From NCBI GenBank assembly GCA_964618805.1, contig CAZUBM010000001.1, positions 1 to 64,000 on the forward strand: a stretch of 64,000 nucleotides of DNA, given 5' to 3'. Of this stretch, positions 19,395-27,797 are shown one piece after another. Position 1 is the stretch's first letter. Every line of letters begins with the position of its first letter. A program made the position numbers and the translations under genes. The DNA comes from an uncultured Nitrososphaerota archaeon. Its GTDB lineage: Archaea > Korarchaeota > Korarchaeia > Korarchaeales > Korarchaeaceae. The notes beneath the pieces are model-generated. The model was not told where the DNA came from and did no database searches. It saw only the letters and a list, made by a program, of their open reading frames with translations.

Positions 19395-20180
19395 TCATGA
19401 TATACTGACGACGAAGTCAACCCTTATCTTCCATCTTCTTGGAGAATAGGCCGAAACTCTCCTCCAAAAGAGCGGTTTTGCTTTCAAATTTAGCTCTCGG
19501 GCCTTTTGTTTGACCATATCGATGGCTTCTTGATGTGCCTCTTCCCCTCCCCAGTAGTAAAAATGAAGGACTCCTCGAGGAGACTTCAAAGATTTAAGAC
19601 CTAGATCTAAGTATTCGTAGGCTCCCTTAGGAAGAGGCATGAGGACCCTATTGAATGTGCCAAACATAGAAGGACATACCTCTCTTACATCCCCTAGGAT
19701 GGGTATCACTTTATCTTCAACTTTATTGATCCTAACATTCTCTAGGAAATATCTGTAAGCATTCTCGTTTATTTCTACACCTATAACCTTCTTAACAAGG
19801 GATTGAAGTCTTGCTATGGCAATAGCAAAAGGTCCAACACCAGCAAACATAACAAGCACTTTCTCGCCAGGACTTACTTGTTTGGCAATAAGTTCTCTCT
19901 CTGTAGCCTCTCTAGGGGAGAAGTATACCTTCATTGGATCCAACTTTAACCTGTATCCGTGTTCCTTATGTATAACTTCAGTATTTTCGTCTCCTAGTAC
20001 AAGAATAAGGGGTCTAAGCCTGTAAATTCCATCTCGTGGCCCAACCCTTAAAAGAACAGACTTCACATGTTTGTGTCTTCTCATAATTTCTTCTGCAGCT
20101 TTTTTTGGATCTTCACCTTCTTCAACGTGAAGGATCGCCACAGCACCAGATTCTCTGGATCCAATGAGATCAAACCTCAT
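19395..20180 (-). CDS. Trm5/Taw2 (Met-10+) family tRNA-modifying SAM transferase
   Basis: HKEHG, VYFSPREATER, MFAGVGPF, EINENA, RVLMPLP. Confidence 0.85.
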   Translation of the reverse strand: MRFDLIGSRESGAVAILHVEEGEDPKKAAEEIMRRHKHVKSVLLRVGPRDGIYRLRPLILVLGDENTEVIHKEHGYRLKLDPMKVYFSPREATERELIAKQVSPGEKVLVMFAGVGPFAIAIARLQSLVKKVIGVEINENAYRYFLENVRINKVEDKVIPILGDVREVCPSMFGTFNRVLMPLPKGAYEYLDLGLKSLKSPRGVLHFYYWGGEEAHQEAIDMVKQKARELNLKAKPLFWRRVSAYSPRRWKIRVDFVVSIS

Positions 20181-21201
20181 CTAGGCCGCCTCTTATTAGG
20201 TTAATGAATCTTGAAAGAGAGATAACGGAATTATCACTCAAAATCACGTGTGTTACCTTTGACTTGCTGTTTATGATTAGATCATTCAATTTTATCGTCA
20301 AATCCCTTTCAGCGTTGCCTAAAGATACTGACTTACGAGTGACATCTAGTTTTAGGGGAAGGCTAATGTTTCTCGTTTCTCTTGTATAACCTTCGTCCAG
20401 CAAAAGGCGACCTTCCTTTACCTTCAGTCTAAAAACTTGGGAAGGATTTCTCGGATCATTCACCCACATCATTCCATCTTTACTTACAAAGATTGTGATC
20501 TCAGAACTTAATTTGCTGGCATTCAAGCAGTCTCTTAATAGGTTTTTCTTATGTCTAGTTATGCTAACGATCCCTGAAAGCACGATAGGAATTATTCTAA
20601 ATCTAAACTGCTTTTTTATAATCAATCCAGGATTAAGTAGACCATTAGAGAGATCTACTGAAACAGAACCGATCTCAAAATAAAAATGGGCATCGCTTCC
20701 TCCAACTCCGGGTTTATTAGCTTTTTCCGCTAACTTCCTACTGAGTAGATTATCAAATGAAAAAGATCTTCCATTTTCGACTTCAACAAGATCAACTTTG
20801 TTCACAATTCTATGAACTCTCCTACTAACCCTTCTCCTAAACACACTAATTGGATGAGGCAGGAGGACTACTCCTCCCTGCTCCCTTATTTGATCAATTG
20901 CTTCCTCCACATCTATCTTAGGTCTAATCCTTTCGGAGATGTTTAATCCAATCAAATCTCCTTGATTTGTCTTTATCTCCTCTCCTATGATTACATCGAA
21001 ACCATCTGGAGCATACTTCTTGGCTTCATATGCTCCCAATATATGATTATGATCAGTAATTGCTATTCCCGATAAGCCCTTCTTGATCGAAATCTTTACA
21101 ACAAGCTTTGGATCAGTAAGAGAGTCTCTTGACCATTTCGTGTGAACATGAAGATCATAGAGTTTTAGATCTTCATAACTCCTGGTTTTTGAGTGTTCCA
21201 T
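20170..21201 (-). CDS. PHP-domain phosphoesterase with C-terminal extension
   Basis: DLHVHT, AITDHN, GEEI, PHP, GGSDAH. Confidence 0.85.
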   Translation of the reverse strand: MEHSKTRSYEDLKLYDLHVHTKWSRDSLTDPKLVVKISIKKGLSGIAITDHNHILGAYEAKKYAPDGFDVIIGEEIKTNQGDLIGLNISERIRPKIDVEEAIDQIREQGGVVLLPHPISVFRRRVSRRVHRIVNKVDLVEVENGRSFSFDNLLSRKLAEKANKPGVGGSDAHFYFEIGSVSVDLSNGLLNPGLIIKKQFRFRIIPIVLSGIVSITRHKKNLLRDCLNASKLSSEITIFVSKDGMMWVNDPRNPSQVFRLKVKEGRLLLDEGYTRETRNISLPLKLDVTRKSVSLGNAERDLTIKLNDLIINSKSKVTHVILSDNSVISLSRFINLIRGGLDEV

Positions 21202-21242
21202 ACACCATAACTTCCCATGGAGTCTACCTCGAAGGTTAAGGG

Positions 21243-21256
21243 CAAGGATTATAAAA
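21243..21256 (+). promoter_or_regulatory. BRE/TATA promoter for tRNA-Trp
   Basis: CAAGGA-TTATAAAA about 35 nt upstream of tRNA G1. Confidence 0.6.
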
Positions 21257-21306
21257 GCTAACGATGCATAGTAAGAACCGGCTAGGTGAGGGGCCGTGGC
21301 CTAGCC

Positions 21307-21341
21307 AGGGACTCCTCCAATGATATGAGGATCCCCTAGAT
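21307..21341 (+). other. Non-canonical D-loop tRNA intron (35 nt)
   Basis: BHB motif: central helix CTAG/CTAG, bulges CCA and ATA, flanking helix GGGA/TCCC extended by TCCTC/GAGGA. Confidence 0.85.
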
Positions 21342-21362
21342 AGGAAGGGCGGCGGGCTCCAG

Positions 21363-21409
21363 AGGTAACCTCTGGAGCATCGAGGAGGAGGCTCAGAATA
21401 CTCGGAGAG
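21363..21409 (+). other. Canonical 37/38 tRNA intron (47 nt)
   Basis: BHB motif: central helix CTCC/GGAG, bulges AGA and AGA. Confidence 0.88.
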
Positions 21410-21447
21410 ACCCGTAGATCGAGGGTTCAAATCCCTCCGGCCCCACC

Positions 21448-21469
21448 TCTTTTTTCTATATTTTATTTT
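21448..21469 (+). terminator. Oligo-T archaeal terminator of tRNA-Trp
   Basis: TCTTTTTTCTATATTTTATTTT immediately after the tRNA. Confidence 0.6.
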
Positions 21470-21554
21470 GTAGCTTTCTTCAATAACTAAAAACTAAAAG
21501 CTTCGGGCCTTTTTCATCTCTTAACTTATAGGTTGCCTCTCGAGGGTCCTTTTA

Positions 21555-22064
21555 ATGGTCGACATCTATGTGCTGAGACTTCCTCATGATGATCCCAAAA
21601 AAGCTACAGGTGCTAGATTGCTTAGAAGAGGGGTGGTCATAGATGCCAAAAAGATCAGACCTCGTTCGCCATTAGTTCTTAACCCAAAAGCTGATACATT
21701 GATCTCATTAAAAGACAGACCAATCGTTGAAAAGAAAGGACTTCTTGCAGTAGATGCATCATGGAGAAGAATTGACAAGGTTAGATGGCCAAAAGGAGTA
21801 CAGAGAATCCTACCATTCCTTATAGCGGCGAACCCTATAAACTATGGCAAACCGTTCAAATTATCCACAGCAGAAGCAATTGCTGCCGCTTTGTTTATTC
21901 TTGGCTTTCCAGAGGAAGCAAAAATGGTTCTTAATCAGTTTAAATGGGGTCCAGAATTTCTGAGGCTAAATAAAGATAGGCTTAACCTCTATGCTACTGC
22001 AGCTAACCCAAAGGAGATGAGAGAGCTTGAAATCTCTGCCATAAGATCGTTAATCGGGCAATAA
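21555..22064 (+). CDS. tsr3: 16S rRNA aminocarboxypropyltransferase Tsr3 (DUF367)
   Basis: DDPKKATG, DASW, RILPFLIAANPINYGKPFKLSTAEA, FKWGPEF. Confidence 0.92.
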   Translation: MVDIYVLRLPHDDPKKATGARLLRRGVVIDAKKIRPRSPLVLNPKADTLISLKDRPIVEKKGLLAVDASWRRIDKVRWPKGVQRILPFLIAANPINYGKPFKLSTAEAIAAALFILGFPEEAKMVLNQFKWGPEFLRLNKDRLNLYATAANPKEMRELEISAIRSLIGQ

Positions 22065-22151
22065 ATAAAGAAAAGCGTTGGAACATTAGTCATTAACTAT
22101 TGTCTGCTCTGAATTTGAATCTTCTAATTTTTAGAGTGCTTCTTCTAATAT

Positions 22152-23513
22152 TTAGTTCGATATACCCCTTTCTCTCTCAACTTGGCCTATCTTCTCCTCT
22201 ATTATGTCCAGTGCCTTCCAAAGATAATCTTCTGGGATATTGAGGGGAGGGGCTATTCTAATCGAACTAACTCCCGCAGTAATTACTGCTACTCCGCTCT
22301 TCCAAGACCTTATCATAACCTCATTCGCTTCTTTCTTCGCAGGCTCTTTTGTTCTTCTGTCTTTAACGAGTTCTACTCCTATCATGAGGCCCTTTCCTCT
22401 AACGTCACCTATTAAGGGATGTTTCTCCATCATCTCTTTCAATCTCTTCAAGGCGTCCTTTCCAAGCTTTGAGGCTCGTTCTAATAATCCCTCTTCCTCT
22501 ATGACAGAGATAGTTGCTAGTGAAGCCGCACATGAGACGGGGTTTCCTCCAAAAGTCGATGCATGGGAGCCTCCAGGCCATGACATGATCTCATCGGTCG
22601 AAATCATGGCACCAAGTGGAAATCCTCCTCCTAATGCCTTTGCTGATGTTATAATGTCTGGAACTATTCCAAAATGCTCTATGGCCCACCATTTACCCGT
22701 TCTTCCCATCCCTGCTTGAACTTCATCCGATACCAAAAGAATTCCGTGTTGATCAGCCAACTTTCTTAACCCTGGAAAGAATGATTCTGAAGGAGTGACA
22801 TAGCCGCCTTCTCCCTGAATAGGTTCAAATACAATAGCAGCGACCTCTTCTGGAGGAACGAATTTGTTAAAAATGTAATCCTCGATGTAAGCCAGGCAAC
22901 GCTGACCTACTTCCTCAGGGTCATCTGTTCCAAAGGGATTTCTATATGGGTTAGGATAAGGAACATGTATCACTCCAGAAAGCAGCGGAGAAAAACCAGC
23001 TCTTTGTACTGGCTTGCTAGATGTGAGACTTAGTGAACCAAGGGTTCTGCCATGAAAACCTCCTATAAACGCAAGGATATACTGTCTCCTTGTATACCAC
23101 CTTGCAAGTTTAAGAGCGGCTTCAACAGCTTCCGTTCCACTGTTTCCAAAGTAGACTTTCTTCCTCTTTTCTCCGGGAACAATTTGAACGAGCTTTTCAG
23201 CCAACATAACAGATACATCGTAATAGAAATCAGTATTAGAGTAGTGAGTAAACCTTTCTAGCTGCCTCTTTACAGCTTCGATTACCTTGGGGTGGTTATG
23301 CCCTACGTTCATGACCGCCAGTCCTGAATTTAGATCAATGTATTTATTCCCATCAACGTCAGTGATCACAGAACCCTTGGCACGATCGACTACTAGAGGA
23401 TAAAATCTTACGTATGAGGGTGATATAACAGCAGAATCTCTCTCAAGTAGCCTTTTAGCCTTTGGACCGGGTGGCTCTACAACTATTCTTGGAACTTCTT
23501 CCACCATAAACAC
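22152..23513 (-). CDS. Class III PLP aminotransferase (ornithine/4-aminobutyrate family)
   Basis: SGTEAVE, FHGRT, EPIQGEGG, DEVQAGMGRTG, AKALGGG, STFGGNP. Confidence 0.92.
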   Translation of the reverse strand: MFMVEEVPRIVVEPPGPKAKRLLERDSAVISPSYVRFYPLVVDRAKGSVITDVDGNKYIDLNSGLAVMNVGHNHPKVIEAVKRQLERFTHYSNTDFYYDVSVMLAEKLVQIVPGEKRKKVYFGNSGTEAVEAALKLARWYTRRQYILAFIGGFHGRTLGSLSLTSSKPVQRAGFSPLLSGVIHVPYPNPYRNPFGTDDPEEVGQRCLAYIEDYIFNKFVPPEEVAAIVFEPIQGEGGYVTPSESFFPGLRKLADQHGILLVSDEVQAGMGRTGKWWAIEHFGIVPDIITSAKALGGGFPLGAMISTDEIMSWPGGSHASTFGGNPVSCAASLATISVIEEEGLLERASKLGKDALKRLKEMMEKHPLIGDVRGKGLMIGVELVKDRRTKEPAKKEANEVMIRSWKSGVAVITAGVSSIRIAPPLNIPEDYLWKALDIIEEKIGQVERERGISN

Positions 23514-23637
23514 CCTTTTGTTTGGTCAAGGAAATGTTAAAGAGTTTATCTTTACCACTAGACCGATACCCGAAGGCTATTTAGTAATCCATGAAAAAGA
23601 TCGAATAGGAAGCCAGGACCTCTCAAGGGGGATATCG

Positions 23638-23868
23638 ATGAGCTCAGACATTGATCAAATAACTACAAAGCTGCTGAAGAAGGGCTTCGTTGTACGGAAG
23701 TCTCCTGAAAGAATAGAAGCTAGCAAGGAAGACATGAAGTTAGTATTATATCCAGGAATTGGCGGTTTCCTGATAATAAAGTATAGCGGAAACAGGGTTT
23801 TTGGTAAAGCATATGGATCCTTTTCGGACCCAAACGATATTTTCAAGTTTTTAGAAAAGTCCTCTTAA
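23638..23868 (+). CDS. Small hypothetical protein (76 aa)
   Basis: ATG at 23638 after GGGGG SD-like site; fills the gap before ino1. Confidence 0.55.
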   Translation: MSSDIDQITTKLLKKGFVVRKSPERIEASKEDMKLVLYPGIGGFLIIKYSGNRVFGKAYGSFSDPNDIFKFLEKSS

Positions 23869-23942
23869 CCCCTATCCACCTTTTTATTTTACATCTCAAA
23901 AATAAATTACTGAATTAGGTAATTCAACGATCCAGGGGAGGG

Positions 23943-25031
23943 ATGCATGTGCCAAAGGTGAAAGTTGCTCTAGCAGGTATAGGTAACGTTGCTTCAGCTA
24001 TCGTTCAAGGGGTTTTCTATTATGCAGATGCCCCTGATGACGAAGTTGTACCAGGTCTGATGCACGCCAGAATCGGACCATACCACATTTCGGACATAGA
24101 GTTTGTTTCAGCATTTGATGTCGACTCCAGAAAGATAGGAAAGGACTTAAGCGAGGCCATATTCTCTCCACCAAATGTTCTAGCGAAATTCTCGGATGTG
24201 CCTAAGCTTGGAGTAGAGGTGAAAAGGGGCCCTGTTCTAGATGGAGTAGCTCCACACATGAAGAATTTCCAGTATGGGGAGGGATTTAAGGTAGATGACA
24301 GCCAGAAGGAGATTGATGTCGTTCAGGAGCTAAAGGACTCGGGCGCTGACATATTAGTGAACATAATACCCGTTGGATCCTATGAGGCAAGTAGGGCGTA
24401 TGCAAAGGCCTGCTTAGAGGCAGGTATTGCGTTTATCAATGGAATACCAGAGTTCATCGTCAGTGATCCAGTATGGGGGAAGAGATTTGAAGAGATAGGT
24501 ATCCCTGCTGCAGGAGACGATTTCAAGAGCCAGTTAGGTGCCACCATTCTTCACAGAACTCTAGCACAGCTTTTCATAGATAGAGGAGTTAGGGTAAAAT
24601 CAACGTATCAACTGAATGTAGGGGGAAATATGGACTTTCTGAACATGATAGAAGAATCTCGCCTCAAAACAAAGAGAAAAAGTAAGACAGAGGCTGTTAC
24701 AACGATGTTCCCCTATGATGTAAAGGCAAGGATAGGACCTAGTGACTACGTGCCTCATCTAGGGGACGTAAAAATAGCTTATATTCACATGGAAGGAGAA
24801 CAATTCGGAGGCTTTCCACTAACAATTGATTTGAAATTAAGTGTCATGGACTCTCCAAACGCAGCTGGTGTAGCAATAGACGTCATAAGGCTGGTAAAAC
24901 TAGCTATGGACAGGGGGCTGGCGGGACCTCTGCTTCCTGTAAGTGCATACTTCTTCAAACACCCACCAAGACAATACCCTGATGCGATAGCCAAAAAGAT
25001 GGTAGAAGACTTCATTAAGGGCAAAATATAA
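23943..25031 (+). CDS. ino1: myo-inositol-1-phosphate synthase
   Basis: GIGNVAS, GDDFKSQLGAT, QLNVGGNMDF, DSPNAAG, YFFKHPP. Confidence 0.95.
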   Translation: MHVPKVKVALAGIGNVASAIVQGVFYYADAPDDEVVPGLMHARIGPYHISDIEFVSAFDVDSRKIGKDLSEAIFSPPNVLAKFSDVPKLGVEVKRGPVLDGVAPHMKNFQYGEGFKVDDSQKEIDVVQELKDSGADILVNIIPVGSYEASRAYAKACLEAGIAFINGIPEFIVSDPVWGKRFEEIGIPAAGDDFKSQLGATILHRTLAQLFIDRGVRVKSTYQLNVGGNMDFLNMIEESRLKTKRKSKTEAVTTMFPYDVKARIGPSDYVPHLGDVKIAYIHMEGEQFGGFPLTIDLKLSVMDSPNAAGVAIDVIRLVKLAMDRGLAGPLLPVSAYFFKHPPRQYPDAIAKKMVEDFIKGKI

Positions 25032-25195
25032 CGCTCCTCCCTCTTAACATATCCTTCTGATATTCTCCGTTTGAATTAAACTGAGCATCCATCTTCTTCC
25101 TCCCCTAGATTTGTTGGAATCATTTCGCAAAGTTTCAAAATGAATCAACCAACTTACTTTTAGATTCGTTTCATCATATCATATCTTGAGAGATC

Positions 25196-25432
25196 ATGAA
25201 AAGTTTAACTCAAATTAAGGGAAAATCAGACACAAAAGAAACAATGCTATTCGAATACGAGATTGAGGCTCCTTTAGAGCAAATACTTGGTAATAGTCCT
25301 CTTTCAGAGTTGTTTAACAGCTTATCAAGCGAATTAAATTTAGACCTGATTGATGCTAGGATCAAAATTGAGAGAAAAGGCAATAATATCACAGTAAAGT
25401 CTCTGACTGTGAAAGGCTTCTCTCTTCTGTGA
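25196..25432 (+). CDS. Small hypothetical protein (78 aa)
   Basis: Protein-like alpha/beta pattern; 3' end overlaps the convergent M20 gene. Confidence 0.45.
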   Translation: MKSLTQIKGKSDTKETMLFEYEIEAPLEQILGNSPLSELFNSLSSELNLDLIDARIKIERKGNNITVKSLTVKGFSLL

Positions 25433-26579
25433 GAAGGCACTTAATGAATTCCTTCAACATAATCACGTCTTTCAGATAGACGAACTCATTACGTCCATGT
25501 ATGTTGTTATCTTTCCTCATAGCTCCTAAGGTTATAGTGGGTTTTCCTCTTTTTAAGAATATGTAACCATCGTTTCCTCCAAGTTCTCCACAAACTCTTT
25601 TATGACCAAATAACCTTTCATATACTCCAAGTGCCTCCTGAACAAATGGATGCTGTGGATCAGTTATCCAACCCTCGTTTATAGGTTCCAGTATTTCTAA
25701 TCTTGCATTTAAACCCAGTTTCTCCTTAATTGCCTCGAATTCGCTTTTTAGTTCCATAACTGCTCTATTTGGGTCTTCTCCAGGAACTATTCTCATGTCA
25801 AAACCAGCTTTTGCCTCGCTTGGGATGACATTATGTTTACTTCCAGCTTGCAATATTGTAAACGTAAACCTCCCCCAAACCTTTGAAATGGGAGAATCTG
25901 GGGGAGAATCTAACTCTGAAAAAGTCAGAGCTCTTTTTTCAGCAAATCTCATAAGCTCAGAGCATAAAGAAATTAGACCATTGACAGGATTCCTCGCCCT
26001 ATGAGGATACCCTGCATGTCCCTCCTTCCCTTCAACAGTAATCCAACCATGTACGACTCCGCTAGCGCCAACACCAATGTATTCTATGTATGAATCAGCC
26101 ACCAATACTAGATCTCCTGTGATTCCAGCTGAAACAACTTCTCTTATACCTGTTCCCCCCACTTCCTCATCTCCTGTTATGATAAGCAAAGGATTGTACT
26201 TCATTCTCTTATTCTTGGCTTCAGCTACAGCCCAGATGGAAGCTACAATAGCAGACTTATCATCAGCAGAGCCTCTGCCATAAAGCTTTCCATTTAACTC
26301 AATCGGTTGGAAGGGATCTACTTCTCTTCCCTCTATGATCCAATGACCTTCTGCGGGAACCACGTCATAATGACTGACTATCGCCAGATCCAAATCTGCT
26401 CCCGCATCTAATTTTGCTACAACGTTTGGTACCTCCTCCCCTACTATCTTTGTTTCCAAGCCTAGCTCTTCTAACTCCCTAAATATTAGAGAGGAAGCCT
26501 TTTCATAGTTCATCCTTTTAGTTGCATCTGTATTTAACGATACGAGCTTCTTAAGCAGCCCAAAGTAATAGTCTTTCAT
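25389..26579 (-). CDS. M20 family metallopeptidase/deacylase (ArgE/DapE-like)
   Basis: SHYDVVP, GRGSADDK, DEEVGG, GGNDG, IHGRNE. Confidence 0.9.
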   Translation of the reverse strand: MKDYYFGLLKKLVSLNTDATKRMNYEKASSLIFRELEELGLETKIVGEEVPNVVAKLDAGADLDLAIVSHYDVVPAEGHWIIEGREVDPFQPIELNGKLYGRGSADDKSAIVASIWAVAEAKNKRMKYNPLLIITGDEEVGGTGIREVVSAGITGDLVLVADSYIEYIGVGASGVVHGWITVEGKEGHAGYPHRARNPVNGLISLCSELMRFAEKRALTFSELDSPPDSPISKVWGRFTFTILQAGSKHNVIPSEAKAGFDMRIVPGEDPNRAVMELKSEFEAIKEKLGLNARLEILEPINEGWITDPQHPFVQEALGVYERLFGHKRVCGELGGNDGYIFLKRGKPTITLGAMRKDNNIHGRNEFVYLKDVIMLKEFIKCLLTEERSLSQSETLL

Positions 26580-26795
26580 CGTGTGTATTAGGAGGAATTA
26601 TTACCTAAATTTCTTACGGAAGAAGTATCATAGACCCAAAGCTCAAGTTTAAAGCTTGTATTAGTAAAAAGGCGTTAATTTACATGCAGAATTCTTGAGT
26701 TCCCTTCACAAATGTAAGAGATAACCTAGTCAGTCGGTTCGACCTTGCACTTTTTATATAACTTGTACCTGCCATTTGGCTCCTTAGAGGTAAAC

Positions 26796-27017
26796 ATGCC
26801 CACTGTCTCATGTCCGGTATGTGGAGCCGATTTCGAGATAAACGAGGAAGAGTTTGAGGATGAAGTGGTCTGCCCTGAGTGTGGAGCACTCCTCTACGTT
26901 TTAATCGAGGGTGGAGAACTAAGAAGCGTTGCTGAGATAGGGGAAGAAACGGAAGAGGAGGAGTGGGAGGAAGAAGAGGAAGAAGAATGGGATGAGTGGG
27001 AAGAGGAGGAGTGGTAG
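26796..27017 (+). CDS. LysW/ArgW-like zinc-ribbon protein with Glu/Trp-rich tail
   Basis: CPVCG...CPECGALLYV; GAGGT SD before ATG 26796; ends EEEEWDEWEEEEW rather than EDWGE. Confidence 0.75.
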   Translation: MPTVSCPVCGADFEINEEEFEDEVVCPECGALLYVLIEGGELRSVAEIGEETEEEEWEEEEEEEWDEWEEEEW

Positions 27018-27182
27018 CAGACCCGGAAACGGGATAAGATTTTACCTAAGCCCTTCCTCTTCTTTCTCTTTGAGAAGTAAACGTTATACATGTCAAGAAA
27101 TAGTTAGAATTTCGAACCTCAGATGAGCCCAATTAAGATACATACATCTTAAGTTATTGAAAAGATCAATTTAAGAGGAGAA

Positions 27183-27770
27183 TTGTCATCAATATGGTAT
27201 CGCTTACTTTACTCCTATGTTAATTCATTCAAAGCGATAAAGCTCACCCATTATAAGAGGTTATTGCAAGTCATCACATCCTTGCCTCCTTTAGAAGCAG
27301 TAGTGGACATAGGAGCTGGCTATGGCATCATCGCGGACCTAATTCATCAGAGAATAGGAGCTTTATATTTGATTGAGAAGAATCCGGCTCTTTTAGAGAA
27401 ACTAGTTGACAAAACATTTGAGTTAGGAAATGTGAATACCATTTTAGCCGATGCTCTTTATCTCCCGTTCAGGAAAGATTTTGCAGACTTTGTGTATTTT
27501 TACGACTCTTTTGACGAAATTACTAACAAGATCTTAGCTCTTAAGGAGGCAGCAAGAATAGTTAAGCGAGGAGGATACATAGCAGTGTTGGATTGGGATA
27601 GGGGTAGGTTAATGGCAAGAATAAAAGAGATCTTACTCCAAAAGACAGGATTTCCCGTTAATTGCTGGAATCTGGAGGAGACTATCTCTGTTATTAAGAG
27701 AATTGGGTTAAGGATGGTTGTAGCCAAATCAAACTTGGATGGTAGCATGATAATCCTTGCTAAAAAGTAA
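27183..27770 (+). CDS. Class I SAM-dependent methyltransferase
   Basis: VVDIGAGYG, ADALYLPF, RIVKRGG. Confidence 0.82.
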   Translation: MSSIWYRLLYSYVNSFKAIKLTHYKRLLQVITSLPPLEAVVDIGAGYGIIADLIHQRIGALYLIEKNPALLEKLVDKTFELGNVNTILADALYLPFRKDFADFVYFYDSFDEITNKILALKEAARIVKRGGYIAVLDWDRGRLMARIKEILLQKTGFPVNCWNLEETISVIKRIGLRMVVAKSNLDGSMIILAKK

Positions 27771-27797
27771 AAATCGTGATTTGTAGGAGATAATTAC

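Larger units (their letters stand above)
21290..21445 (+). tRNA. tRNA-Trp(CCA) with two introns (D-loop and canonical 37/38)
   Basis: Acceptor GGGGCCG/CGGCCCC; removing 21307-21341 and 21363-21409 gives D-arm GCCT-AGCCAGGAA-GGGC, anticodon arm GCGGG-CT-CCA-GA-CCCGT, T-arm GAGGG-TTCAAAT-CCCTC. Confidence 0.92.

Noticed and set aside
21236-21430. 64-aa minus-strand ORF
   Set aside because: Antisense to the tRNA-Trp gene
26950-27014. GAG/GAA/TGG-rich low-complexity repeat
   Set aside because: Explained by the coding Glu/Trp tail; not a CRISPR or DNA-level repeat
27022-27033. CCCG-GAAA-CGGG tetraloop hairpin after the LysW-like gene
   Set aside because: Only a 4-bp stem before a pyrimidine tract; at most a 3'-end element, too little for an ncRNA call
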